A stretch of 64,000 nucleotides of DNA from Sulfurospirillaceae bacterium (GCA_033723415.1 JAWVXD010000001.1:384001-448000); one strand, 5' to 3'. Shown: positions 20,617-30,009, counted from the first letter of the stretch. Numbers and translations are program-made. The notes: generated by a model from the sequence alone, not told the origin.

Positions 20617-23478
20617 ATGTCCGAGACTTGCAATCGTAGACCAAAGTGTACACATCAAAAATATGGTGATTCTACGAAGTGTATCTTGCATTGTGATAAA
20701 TCAAATTTTAACGATGATGATATAAGATTTTTTTGGGAAAAAATACGGGAAGAATATATTCAGTACTCTTATCCTGATATTTCTAATGAGATTATCATAG
20801 AAGATGTAATCTTCCCTAAATTTGGAATTTTTAACAGGTATAACACATATTTTTTTCAAGGCAATTGTAGATTCCTTCATAATGTAAAATTTATAAAGTG
20901 TATTTTTACAGATAATTTTGATTTATCACAAGCCGAATCTAGCCAAAAGATAACATTTGATAATTGTACTTTCTATGGAGATATTCAGTTCAGCCAGTCA
21001 AATACAATAGAGATAATAAATAATTCTCAGTTTAAAAATGAAGTCTCATTTGGACATTCCTGCTGGAATAAATTAGAGATAAAAAGCACCAAGTTTTTTC
21101 AAGATACAAAAATATACATAAAAAATGATTTAAATATAGATGATTGTACTTTTAATAATGATGTCTTAATAGATGGTTTTACTACTTTGAACTTAGGTAT
21201 TAAAAACGGATCATATAAGAAACTAGTAACCATAAGTAATACCAAAAGTATAAAGCTTGAAGATGTTAAATTGAACTCAGATGTAAATTTCAGTGGGACT
21301 AATGATAATATCGATATAAAAAATATCGAATTTAAGAAAGATGTGACTTTTGATGCATTTAATAATTTACACTTAAACAACACCCAGTTTCATCAAAAAA
21401 GCAATTTTAGTCCAAACCCATATCATGACATCACTTTTGACAACACAAAAATGAATGATGTGGAATTACATTCTGGGAATACTTTGACTATCGTTAATTC
21501 TAGTGAAGTCAATGGAAATCTAAAGCTAAACGAAGTATATCAAAAGTTAAATATTGAAAATTGTAATATTAAGAAAAACTTGAATGTTGGCAATGTCAAG
21601 GAGATTATATTAAAGTGGAGTAGACTTGAAAAAAACTCAGTATTTAGCGGTGTATATAATGATGTAGATATCTTGGAATGCTCATTTAAAGACTTGACAA
21701 TAAATGCAACCAATACAATAAAAATAAGTGACAGTAAAATTACTGGTGACCTTGATTTGCTTGGACAAGACTATAAAGATATATCTGCCAGCCACACTGA
21801 GATTTCTGGTACGATACAAATAGGTAAAGCGACAAAAATAGAGTTAATTGATCTAAAACCAAATCCATCTCTAAAACTGATAAATGATGAATATGAAGAT
21901 GTCAATATAAAAGACTCAAGATTTACCGATGTTAAAATGAACTCTATAAAGGTATTAAATATTCAAAAGACTACAATAAATGGTATATTTAGTTTATTGG
22001 GAGAACAAAATCAAAATTTAACCTTTAATACGGTTAAATTTAAAAATAGATGTGATTTTCCTAATATTACTAAGTTGATTTTCAATAAAAGCAGTTTTGC
22101 AAAAGATGTGAATTTTAATACTTTAGGCAGGTTAGTTTCAAATCAAACTCAATTCAATGAAGACGTGAAATTTTTAGCAGAATGCACAACTATTGAACTT
22201 GAAAATTGCGAATTTCATCAAAAAATGCAACTCTCAAAAGTTACAAATTCGTTGGATTTCAAATCTTGTTGCTTTAAAGGGGAGGTCGATTTCAGGAATG
22301 GTGAATTTAAGGTAGTAAATATACTTTCTTCAACTTTTGAAGGTGATTTATTGTTATCCTCATCCATAATAGAAAAAATTCATCTAGATAAGATAACAGA
22401 AGAATTGGCTGAAAATAACTCATTTTCTTCCGTAGATTTTACTGAATCACAAATTAAGTATATTACTATAGCCAACTCTAATTTTAGTGGTACATTAAAA
22501 TTTACAAAGTTACAGCAAACACAATCTTTATTATCCTTAGATAATATTACAACGTCGACTATTGAATGTTTGATGATTGAACATAGTACGATAATGAACT
22601 TATTTAGGAGTTCCAAGCATCTAATAATTAACAATTTTACACTAGAAAATGTAAAATTAGACACAAATAGTTCAGAAATAGATTTAACAGATATAAAAAT
22701 AAGTGAACTAAAATTCAATAAAATAAGTATCTTAAAAAATATGAATTTTAGTGAAATGAAGATAAAAAAATTCATAATAGGCAATTCAAACATAGAACAT
22801 GTATTTAGAATAAAATACTCTGATATAGGTACTTTTACACTCATATCTAGTACTTTTGAAGACTTACAGATAATAGACAATAAATGTGAGCATTTTGATG
22901 AAGAAAAAAAATTAATATTGAGAAACACGACAATAAAAAATGCTGTATTAGACAAATTAAGATATAACAGTTTTATTATGAATGATGCTCATGTAAGTGA
23001 TGTTAAAATAGGTTATGTAAAGTTCAAAAAGGGGAGTAGAGAAACAAATAGATTTTTCAAAAATTATTATGATTCAATTAGTGATTATATTACAGCAAAT
23101 ACATATTATAAACAAGAGATGGAAGAACAACTCAAAGCTTCTTCTACTGATAACGGGGAGAAATTTGTTTTATGGATAGGGAAAACAGTTTCTAATTTTG
23201 GGCAAAGTTGGAGTCGACCTCTTTGCTTAATGATTTGTTTTTCAATTTTCTTTTTTATGTATATGCATTGGCAAATATTTTATAGCTACGGATGGCATTA
23301 TTTATGGCAAAGTAAATTAACTATTTGGAATGAATTTTGGGAATTTTTAAATCCATTTGTAAGAACAATTGATCCACAATACAAAGGAAGTTATAGTATT
23401 TGGATATTTCATAAAATATTGATGGCTATTCTCATGTATCATTTTATTGTAGCAGTAAAAAGAAAAACAAAAAGATAA
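20617..23478 (+). CDS. Large pentapeptide/beta-solenoid repeat protein with N-terminal Cys/His motif and C-terminal membrane domain
   Basis: C..C...CILHC N-terminus; many (I/L)x(F/I)xxxxFxxxxxF repeats; SNFGQSWSRPL followed by TM helices. Confidence 0.7.
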   Translation: MSETCNRRPKCTHQKYGDSTKCILHCDKSNFNDDDIRFFWEKIREEYIQYSYPDISNEIIIEDVIFPKFGIFNRYNTYFFQGNCRFLHNVKFIKCIFTDNFDLSQAESSQKITFDNCTFYGDIQFSQSNTIEIINNSQFKNEVSFGHSCWNKLEIKSTKFFQDTKIYIKNDLNIDDCTFNNDVLIDGFTTLNLGIKNGSYKKLVTISNTKSIKLEDVKLNSDVNFSGTNDNIDIKNIEFKKDVTFDAFNNLHLNNTQFHQKSNFSPNPYHDITFDNTKMNDVELHSGNTLTIVNSSEVNGNLKLNEVYQKLNIENCNIKKNLNVGNVKEIILKWSRLEKNSVFSGVYNDVDILECSFKDLTINATNTIKISDSKITGDLDLLGQDYKDISASHTEISGTIQIGKATKIELIDLKPNPSLKLINDEYEDVNIKDSRFTDVKMNSIKVLNIQKTTINGIFSLLGEQNQNLTFNTVKFKNRCDFPNITKLIFNKSSFAKDVNFNTLGRLVSNQTQFNEDVKFLAECTTIELENCEFHQKMQLSKVTNSLDFKSCCFKGEVDFRNGEFKVVNILSSTFEGDLLLSSSIIEKIHLDKITEELAENNSFSSVDFTESQIKYITIANSNFSGTLKFTKLQQTQSLLSLDNITTSTIECLMIEHSTIMNLFRSSKHLIINNFTLENVKLDTNSSEIDLTDIKISELKFNKISILKNMNFSEMKIKKFIIGNSNIEHVFRIKYSDIGTFTLISSTFEDLQIIDNKCEHFDEEKKLILRNTTIKNAVLDKLRYNSFIMNDAHVSDVKIGYVKFKKGSRETNRFFKNYYDSISDYITANTYYKQEMEEQLKASSTDNGEKFVLWIGKTVSNFGQSWSRPLCLMICFSIFFFMYMHWQIFYSYGWHYLWQSKLTIWNEFWEFLNPFVRTIDPQYKGSYSIWIFHKILMAILMYHFIVAVKRKTKR

Positions 23479-23504
23479 TAGAAACACAATATCAATTTCC
23501 CTTA

Positions 23505-24560
23505 TTAAAACAGATCCGTGGTTTTTTTCAATCTCTCTTGGTCAAAATGCGTATAAATTCTGGATGTATTGATATCTGCATGACCGAGGGATTCTTGAAC
23601 GAGTACCAAATCTCTGTTTTTTTGGTAGAGCAGGGTGGCAAACGTGTGTCTTAGCATATGGCAACCGTTTTTCTCTTTCCTTAAGCCCGCACTCATAAGT
23701 ATCTGCTCAACTAAGCGGCTTAGATAGGCTTGTGTTAATTTTGTGCCCTTTTGATTGCAGAACATCAGCCCGTCTTCACAATTTCTGATCTCAAGCCATG
23801 CAGCCAAGTCCTCTTTGATCACGCGCTCTCTTATCATGACGACTCTGGATTTATTTCCTTTTCCTGTTATCTTTATGATGTAATTATCTTCTTCTTTGAA
23901 AAAGTCCTTGATCTTGACACTGATCGCTTCTCCGACTCTGATGCCTGTATAAAGGATTAGTTTTATGACCAAGCGGTTCCTAGCGCCAAGTTCAGGAGTT
24001 TTGTAATCAAATGCATCGATTGCATTGATAAATCTAGAGGCTTCTTCTTTGTTAAGAAAAGAGGGCAGTTTGACACCGCTTTTCCCGCTCAAACCGCCCC
24101 AATTTTTAAGCTCTATACCATATCTGTAGGCGTTGCCGTTTTCATCTTCATTTTGTTTATCTATATAACCAAAAAAGCCAAGTAGGGCGATACGGTAGTT
24201 TTTTTTACTCGCATCTGACAAACTTGAAGTCTCACTCGCTAAAAAATCACTCAGAAGCTCTTCATCGATCTCTTTCATAGAACCTGCACCAAATCGCATA
24301 AGATACTCATATAGCTTTTCAAGTGGACGGTAATAGACATGAACGCCACTCATACCTATATTTCTCGCTTCTTTTAAAAGATTTGTTAGAGTTTTTATAT
24401 CACTGGTACCTTTTGCTAGATTTTGGATAATGATTGCCAGTTTGTCTTTGTCCGTTACTTGTCGATTTGAAAGAGTCGTAACCTTGTTGCGTATAAATCT
24501 ACTAAGCCAAAAAAGATACGTTTGACTAAAAGTCGACTCAAGATCAAGAGAATACCTCAT
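23505..24560 (-). CDS. xerH: XerH chromosome-dimer resolution tyrosine recombinase (host)
   Basis: Catalytic TGIR, GKGNK, HMLRH and LGH..INTSRIYTH; XerH-specific motifs SKKNYRIALLGFFGYIDKQN and LTQAYL..EKNG.H; difH site immediately upstream. Confidence 0.92.
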   Translation of the reverse strand: MRYSLDLESTFSQTYLFWLSRFIRNKVTTLSNRQVTDKDKLAIIIQNLAKGTSDIKTLTNLLKEARNIGMSGVHVYYRPLEKLYEYLMRFGAGSMKEIDEELLSDFLASETSSLSDASKKNYRIALLGFFGYIDKQNEDENGNAYRYGIELKNWGGLSGKSGVKLPSFLNKEEASRFINAIDAFDYKTPELGARNRLVIKLILYTGIRVGEAISVKIKDFFKEEDNYIIKITGKGNKSRVVMIRERVIKEDLAAWLEIRNCEDGLMFCNQKGTKLTQAYLSRLVEQILMSAGLRKEKNGCHMLRHTFATLLYQKNRDLVLVQESLGHADINTSRIYTHFDQERLKKTTDLF

Positions 24561-24586
24561 AATGTGCCTTTTTTTGATATTTTCAT

Positions 24587-24595
24587 ATTATAGCA
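24587..24595 (-). promoter_or_regulatory. Extended -10 promoter (TGCTATAAT) of xerH
   Basis: Reverse complement of attatagca, 26 bp upstream of the xerH ATG. Confidence 0.65.
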
Positions 24596-24608
24596 AAATT
24601 TAGCTTAA

Positions 24609-24642
24609 TTGTATTGGAAACTGTAATTTCCAAACTCTTATT
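24609..24642 (+). other. difH site / attL of the provirus
   Basis: ttgtaTTGGAAA-ctgtaa-TTTCCAAact: 7-bp inverted arms around a 6-bp core, matching the Campylobacter-type difH pattern, next to xerH. Confidence 0.88.
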
Positions 24643-24708
24643 TGGATTTATTGGCTTGAAACTTAAACGAGTGAGAAATTATGAGTTAAAACTTAAAAAG
24701 AGTATGTC

Positions 24709-25332
24709 ATGATAGACATAAAACTCATTGATAAGTTTAAAAATGGCCGTACAACGGTTGAGAATGATATTTTACTAGATAGTACCTTGACAGCAACTGA
24801 AAAGATAGTCTATATGTACATCGAAATGCTATCGCACAAAGATAACTACTGTTATGCGACAAATATACAGATATCGGATCTTACCGGACAAACAATAGAC
24901 TCATTGAAACAAGCATTTAAAAAACTCAAAAAGAAAAAATACATTGTAGTCGATACGCTACAAACGCGCACACCATACAAGCGCCGTATATTCACGGAAA
25001 CACGTTTTTTACGTGCTTGGAATCAAAACACCCTACCCCGTGACTGTACGGTAAAAGAGCCAATAAAACGGCCTGACGAGCTAGATAGACAAGCAATCAG
25101 CAAGTCATTTCCAAAGTTTAGGAAATTCATAAAATTATATCTTACAGAAAATCAATTTAACATCACTACACCGGGCGAACTTCAAAACAAAACTATCATG
25201 ATCAAAAAGAACGGCTACTACACAAGCATTTGGGATGCGCGAGATCTCACAAAAGATGAAAGCGTAACGTTTGAAATGCTGATGTTCGATAAACGCGAAA
25301 CATTGCTAGATAATTTTTTCAATAAGGAGTGA
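24709..25332 (+). CDS. Winged-helix replication initiator-like protein (proviral)
   Basis: ENDILLDSTLTATEKIVY...YCYATNIQISDLTG...FKKLKKKKYI is the HTH_36 / replisome-organiser N-terminal pattern. Confidence 0.65.
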   Translation: MIDIKLIDKFKNGRTTVENDILLDSTLTATEKIVYMYIEMLSHKDNYCYATNIQISDLTGQTIDSLKQAFKKLKKKKYIVVDTLQTRTPYKRRIFTETRFLRAWNQNTLPRDCTVKEPIKRPDELDRQAISKSFPKFRKFIKLYLTENQFNITTPGELQNKTIMIKKNGYYTSIWDARDLTKDESVTFEMLMFDKRETLLDNFFNKE

Positions 25333-25520
25333 AAATGCAAATCAAAAAAGGTGATATTATTGTCTATAAAGTCGGTAAGAATACAAAGCAAAGCAAAGTT
25401 AGAAAGATGAACTTTGATAATAGTGCTTCAATTTTTGCAAAAGAAAAGATCATACCTTGGGATAATATTTTAGGCGTATGCTCTACTATAAAGGATCATC
25501 ATGATAATCGAAATAAATGA
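25329..25520 (+). CDS. Proviral hypothetical protein (small, beta-rich)
   Basis: AAGGAG SD; overlaps the rep stop codon. Confidence 0.65.
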   Translation: MKMQIKKGDIIVYKVGKNTKQSKVRKMNFDNSASIFAKEKIIPWDNILGVCSTIKDHHDNRNK

Positions 25521-25716
25521 GGAAGATTATGACTTTATCATGTATCTTATCAGAGAGGAAATATATGATAAAAAAGACAGTTTAGAGATACTTAAAGGCA
25601 AAGATCATTTTTATGGTAACGAAGATCCATATAGGATAAAGAGGATCAAAGAGTTAAAAAGAGAGATTAGAAAGATTATTGAACTAAGGAGAGCTTTAAA
25701 ACGAGGAATAAAATAG
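25501..25716 (+). CDS. Proviral hypothetical protein (charged, coiled-coil)
   Basis: AAGGA SD; overlaps the previous gene. Confidence 0.65.
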   Translation: MIIEINEEDYDFIMYLIREEIYDKKDSLEILKGKDHFYGNEDPYRIKRIKELKREIRKIIELRRALKRGIK

Positions 25717-25726
25717 CTGTTTAACT

Positions 25727-25807
25727 CTCATATAGGGATACCGTAATTTCCCTATATGAGCGTTTTCATGTTACGGAATGAAAGCGCCTTTATATCAAAA
25801 TAAAGGC
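25727..25807 (+). promoter_or_regulatory. Three back-to-back hairpins with complementary loops; structured RNA/terminator between early and late genes
   Basis: 12-bp stem 25727-25760, 10-bp stem 25760-25787 and 8-bp stem 25786-25807; loop ccgtaa pairs with loop ttacgg. Confidence 0.6.
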
Positions 25808-25812
25808 ATAAA

Positions 25813-26262
25813 ATGGGAATAACAAATTTTTTCAGCGGTTTATTTAGCAGCGGAGCCGCAAAAGTAGTCGATGCGATCGGCAATGCAGCAGATAAACTCT
25901 TTACAAGCGATGCAGAGCGTTTACAATTCCGTAATGATCTACAAAAAGAGCTAGACGATCTCAAAGTCAAACTCAATGATGCACTTGCGGCATACGACAA
26001 AGAGATCACGACACGCTGGCAAAGCGATAACGAACACATCATCACGCGCTTAGTGCGCCCTCTTTCGTTTATATACGTTCTCGTCATATTTTCATTTATG
26101 GCGCTACTTGACGGAAATATCGGAACATTTCATATCAACACGGCTTATTTGCCTATATTTCAAGGGTTACTTGGAACTATGGTTGTCGCCTACTTTGGCA
26201 GTCGTGGTATCGAAAAAGTATCAAACATAATAAAAAAATCAAATCAAGGAGATAACCAATGA
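25813..26262 (+). CDS. Holin (GTA 3TM-holin-like family)
   Basis: DKLFTSDAER...RWQSD....RLVRPL, two TM helices, then YFGSRGIEK. Confidence 0.8.
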   Translation: MGITNFFSGLFSSGAAKVVDAIGNAADKLFTSDAERLQFRNDLQKELDDLKVKLNDALAAYDKEITTRWQSDNEHIITRLVRPLSFIYVLVIFSFMALLDGNIGTFHINTAYLPIFQGLLGTMVVAYFGSRGIEKVSNIIKKSNQGDNQ

Positions 26263-26594
26263 GTACAAAAAAGCAAATAGATCAGATCGAAGAGATAGAA
26301 GATCTACCCGATCAACTTGATCCACCAAATCCAGAGATTGAAAAGGAAAAGCCGGAAGTTGAGATAAAAGAAACTTTGACACCGGATCTCGAAAAAAAGA
26401 TTGATGAGATTGAACATAAATTAGATCAATATCATGTTCAATCTATCAAAAAAGAATTTGAAGATCATTCAAAAGAAAAACTACAAAGATCAAAATCTAA
26501 ATTTATTTGGTTATTTGGTAGTATTTGTGTTGCTAGTATTGGCTTAATACTTATAAAAAACGCTAAAAACAGCGAAACGGAGGCTAATGGATGA
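26259..26594 (+). CDS. Proviral membrane protein (acidic N-terminus, C-terminal TM)
   Basis: Overlapping ATGA start; one C-terminal hydrophobic helix. Confidence 0.7.
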   Translation: MSTKKQIDQIEEIEDLPDQLDPPNPEIEKEKPEVEIKETLTPDLEKKIDEIEHKLDQYHVQSIKKEFEDHSKEKLQRSKSKFIWLFGSICVASIGLILIKNAKNSETEANG

Positions 26595-27154
26595 GTAAAG
26601 AAGCGGTTGACGGAACGGATAATGGCGTAGAAAGGAATATTCCTTTTGAAGAAATGGGAAACAGTACGGAGGGCATTACCCGTACTGAGTTAATGGAAAA
26701 AACCGGCAAAGAACTAGCAAAAATGGCATTGCCTTATACAACTTGGAAAGAGAGTACATTATCAAAGTTATCTAAGCCAGAACTATGTGATATCATACTA
26801 ACAAAAGGAGCAAATAAAGAGCAGCAAGAGCCGAGAGCTAGAGCAGCAAGAGCCACGAGTGATAGTGAAGCAATTATCGAGACATTTCTTGCTATTGCAG
26901 AGAGTTTTAAGCTTAAAAGAGAAAAAGAGCCTTTAAATGCTACAGCCAAACAGATCTTTAAAAATAATGCCGTTAATTTAGTCGATAAAAAGGTTGAAGA
27001 GGAAACGTTAAGCAGCCACGGTGTAAATGTTACAGTGGCATTTATTGCCGGTACATTTTTAGCTATAGACGGGCTTATAGGCTTAGCAAACATCCCAACA
27101 TTCTTTTCAAAGATAAAGAGCAAACTAAATGTTAATAAAACAGAAGCAAAATAA
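26591..27154 (+). CDS. Proviral membrane protein upstream of the packaging ATPase
   Basis: Overlapping start; C-terminal TM and basic tail. Confidence 0.7.
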   Translation: MSKEAVDGTDNGVERNIPFEEMGNSTEGITRTELMEKTGKELAKMALPYTTWKESTLSKLSKPELCDIILTKGANKEQQEPRARAARATSDSEAIIETFLAIAESFKLKREKEPLNATAKQIFKNNAVNLVDKKVEEETLSSHGVNVTVAFIAGTFLAIDGLIGLANIPTFFSKIKSKLNVNKTEAK

Positions 27155-27785
27155 GATAATTACAGTTATCGGACATAAGGGCTATGGAAAAACAGCTTTA
27201 ACAGAAGCCCTTATGCTTATGTATGATAAACCGACAATTATCGCAGATCCACGATTTCAATACTCTACTTTTCAAAAGCGCCGTGTAAGCTTTAGATCTG
27301 TAGGTGATTTTAGAAAGTGGATCTATAACACGGCAAATTTCAAAGATTTTTATAAATACAAACTCGAACTCGTCGTAAATGCTTTTGATGATACATTTGA
27401 AGAGTTAGCACATATTGTGAGACAAATGAGATCTTTGATGTTTGTCGTCGATGAAGTAGATATGTTCTTAGATCCACGGGCTACAAAAAACAACTCCTTG
27501 AACAAAATTATTCAGTATGGTAGACACCACGAGATCGACATCATAACTACTTCTAGGAGACCGGCAAACATCTCGCGTAACTTAACATCTCAAACAGATA
27601 TATTTTATTTCTCTAAGTTACGCGAGCCAACTGATAAACTGTACATAAAACAAGCGATAGGTGCAGAATATGTCAGTACCGTTGAAAACTTAGAGAGATT
27701 TAGCTTTTTAGAGTTTGAAGACGAAGAACACCAAAAGATCATCACTACTTCTGAAAGAGATCTTGAACTATTACAAAGAGGGTGA
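27129..27785 (+). CDS. Genome-packaging ATPase, FtsK/HerA (A32-like) family
   Basis: Walker A GHKGYGKT, Walker B FVVDE, arginine finger GRH, TSRRP motif and REP.D; 218 aa, similar in size to STIV B204 and PM2 P9. Confidence 0.88.
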   Translation: MLIKQKQNKIITVIGHKGYGKTALTEALMLMYDKPTIIADPRFQYSTFQKRRVSFRSVGDFRKWIYNTANFKDFYKYKLELVVNAFDDTFEELAHIVRQMRSLMFVVDEVDMFLDPRATKNNSLNKIIQYGRHHEIDIITTSRRPANISRNLTSQTDIFYFSKLREPTDKLYIKQAIGAEYVSTVENLERFSFLEFEDEEHQKIITTSERDLELLQRG

Positions 27786-27810
27786 GGAAAAATCTTTGAA
27801 AGGAGGAAAA

Positions 27811-27906
27811 ATGCAAGCAAAATTGATGAAAGGCTTTGTCTTAGGTATCACCGTAGTTGTTATAAGTGGCGTTGTGGGTAAATGGATCCCATCCGTAAAA
27901 ATATAA
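27811..27906 (+). CDS. Small viral membrane protein (31 aa)
   Basis: AGGAGG SD; MQAKLMKGFVLGITVVVISGVVGKWIPSVKI. Confidence 0.75.
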   Translation: MQAKLMKGFVLGITVVVISGVVGKWIPSVKI

Positions 27907-27932
27907 AAAAATTTATCATATAAGGAAAAAAT

Positions 27933-28040
27933 ATGAATATCACAAAACTTGATGTTTATTTGGCAGCAGGTATCTTAGTTGGCATTGCAGCCGGGAAAAA
28001 ATTTGTTGATCCGATCTTAGTTTCGGTTTTGGGGGCATAG
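27933..28040 (+). CDS. Small viral membrane protein (35 aa, absent from the ORF track)
   Basis: AAGGA SD; MNITKLDVYLAAGILVGIAAGKKFVDPILVSVLGA; stop is 1 nt before the MCP start. Confidence 0.75.
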   Translation: MNITKLDVYLAAGILVGIAAGKKFVDPILVSVLGA

Positions 28041-28041
28041 T

Positions 28042-29001
28042 ATGGCGCAATCATTAAAAGTAAAAGAAAATTCCGCAACGTGGGCAGCTTCTACTCAATC
28101 CAGGATCCCTCTTAGTAGAAATTATCATGTGGAAAATTACCTTGTGAAAATAAAAGTAACACATGATAACGGGGCAACCCCTGTGTTTTATAATGAGGGC
28201 GTTTTTTCTTTAATTAACAATATACAGTTGATTGGAAATGGCAATGAAAATATTAAACAAATGCCAGCAAACAAATTATATATCGACAGTATTTTAAGAA
28301 GTGGGAAAAATGGCGGTAACTCTCTTGATACTACAGCAAACAAAACCGGACTTACAAGCTATGTTTGGGCCCGTATCAATCTAAGTATGCCAAATTCTGT
28401 TCGACCTTGGGACACTATCCTATGGACAAAACCATTCCAATCTCTCGATCTTATGATTGATTGGGCTTCAAGTGCAAATATCGGATCTAATATTACTGTA
28501 ACAGCAGCAGAAATGACAGTATTTTCAAATCAGTTAATCGGATATAGTAGAGCAAAAGGCGAAGTGATTAAATACTATGAAGAAACAGCACTTAAAGAAG
28601 AAGTGACTGGAACAAATGCTCAATTAACTTTCAATTTACCAGTAAATAAACTTTATAGAGCTATTTCTATAGTATCAACAATTAATGGCTTAAGAGCTGA
28701 TACTGTGATAAACTCTATTAAGCTAAAAAGCGGGCAAACAGTTTTTTGTGATTGGGATGCTGAAGCATTTAACGAACACAATAAAGAAACATATCGTATT
28801 GAATCATCAACAGATTTTAAAGGAATCTATGTAGTTGATTTTGCAGAGCGTGGAAGACTAAGCGATATGCTGAATACAATCGTAGCACAAGGTGGTTACA
28901 ATACTTTAGAACTTGTTTTAAACGTCACAAAACAAACGGGATCAAACTTTGTAGACGTCTATTTTGACACGGTAAAACAGACTACAGCAACGGAGGTTTA
29001 A
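28042..29001 (+). CDS. Double jelly-roll major capsid protein (STIV-like)
   Basis: 319 aa, beta-rich, in two halves; segments WAAST..RIPLSRN, FSLINNIQL..NG, LPVNKLYR, N.ETY and GIYVVDF recall STIV B345 (from memory); follows ATPase and small TM genes. Confidence 0.82.
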   Translation: MAQSLKVKENSATWAASTQSRIPLSRNYHVENYLVKIKVTHDNGATPVFYNEGVFSLINNIQLIGNGNENIKQMPANKLYIDSILRSGKNGGNSLDTTANKTGLTSYVWARINLSMPNSVRPWDTILWTKPFQSLDLMIDWASSANIGSNITVTAAEMTVFSNQLIGYSRAKGEVIKYYEETALKEEVTGTNAQLTFNLPVNKLYRAISIVSTINGLRADTVINSIKLKSGQTVFCDWDAEAFNEHNKETYRIESSTDFKGIYVVDFAERGRLSDMLNTIVAQGGYNTLELVLNVTKQTGSNFVDVYFDTVKQTTATEV

Positions 29002-29002
29002 T

Positions 29003-29308
29003 ATGCCTAATTATAACGGGGATGGCACAAACGGCGGTATTTCCACCGCCTCCACTCCAATTTCAGGAACGGTAAATGGTACTGATTGGTTATCAAATAT
29101 TTTAAAGCCTATTAGTAATGCCGTTGTTACAGTTGCACAAACACAAGCACAAGTTGACGCACTAAAATCACAGACCGCTACACAACAAAATTATCAAAAT
29201 ACACAAAACGCAATTGGATCTAAAAATATCATTGGCGGTGTGGATAACAATATCTTACTTTTGGGTTTAGTTGGTGTAGTCGGAATTTACATGTTTATGA
29301 AAGGGTAA
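29003..29308 (+). CDS. Virion membrane protein (Gln/Thr-rich, C-terminal TM)
   Basis: C-terminal ILLLGLVGVVGIYMFMK. Confidence 0.7.
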   Translation: MPNYNGDGTNGGISTASTPISGTVNGTDWLSNILKPISNAVVTVAQTQAQVDALKSQTATQQNYQNTQNAIGSKNIIGGVDNNILLLGLVGVVGIYMFMKG

Positions 29309-29311
29309 ATT

Positions 29312-29698
29312 ATGGGTTTCTTTGGTGGAAGTGCTAGTAGTAGCGGAATTGTAACAAGTAGCATTAATTTTAACCCGTCAATGCAGTTTGGCACAGATAA
29401 TACAGCAAAGCCCTCTCAATCAGTAAGTCAGACACCCAAATTGACACAAACTACAAAGGATCAAGGGCTAGCAGCCGCCGCAAGTGTTGGGCTTGGTTTT
29501 GGTGGGAGTGGATCTGCAGGGCCGGCAAGTTTGGCAGAAGCTCCTCTGGTTGGATCTGCACAAACTGGAAGCGCTGCACAGCCTTTAAGTACTTTGGCAT
29601 CTAATTACAAAAAATATTTGCCTTTACTTGGCTTAGCCGGAGTTGGTGGATATATGCTAATTGTAAATGATAAGTCTGGAAAAAAGGCTAAAAAATGA
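29312..29698 (+). CDS. Virion membrane protein (Gly/Ser/Ala-rich, C-terminal TM and basic tail)
   Basis: Low-complexity body; LPLLGLAGVGGYMLIV followed by a Lys-rich tail. Confidence 0.7.
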   Translation: MGFFGGSASSSGIVTSSINFNPSMQFGTDNTAKPSQSVSQTPKLTQTTKDQGLAAAASVGLGFGGSGSAGPASLAEAPLVGSAQTGSAAQPLSTLASNYKKYLPLLGLAGVGGYMLIVNDKSGKKAKK

Positions 29699-30009
29699 GT
29701 TGGTTAAGTAGTCTTTTAGGTGGTGGAGGCAGCACAAGCTCCACTACCTCAAACACAACGGTAAGTGTAAGTCCAACTACAATTATAAATACCGATAAAC
29801 TGGCTCAAGCTATAGCAGACGGAAATGCAACACAAGCACAACTTGCACAAGCAACAATCACAGCACAAGTAGCCGAACAAAACGCAAAATTGCAACAAAA
29901 CGCGCAGATCTTTGATACCTTAAGAGCAGGCGCAAAAAAATATGCTTTTTTAAGTTTGCTAGGCTTTGGAGTTTACAAGATTTTTAAAAACAAAAGAGGT
30001 AAAAAATGA
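29695..30009 (+). CDS. Virion membrane protein (C-terminal TM and basic tail)
   Basis: Overlapping start; Ala/Gln helix; YAFLSLLGFGVY then KNKRGKK. Confidence 0.7.
   Translation: MSWLSSLLGGGGSTSSTTSNTTVSVSPTTIINTDKLAQAIADGNATQAQLAQATITAQVAEQNAKLQQNAQIFDTLRAGAKKYAFLSLLGFGVYKIFKNKRGKK

Noticed and set aside
23505..24560. Tyrosine recombinase as the provirus's own integrase
   Set aside because: It lies outside attL and carries XerH-specific motifs along its whole length, so it is the host resolvase
27129..27785. ATPase as inovirus Zot/pI (filamentous phage at dif)
   Set aside because: No TM or C-terminal extension, no HUH rolling-circle Rep, and it is accompanied by a 319-aa beta-rich capsid protein, a holin and a lysin
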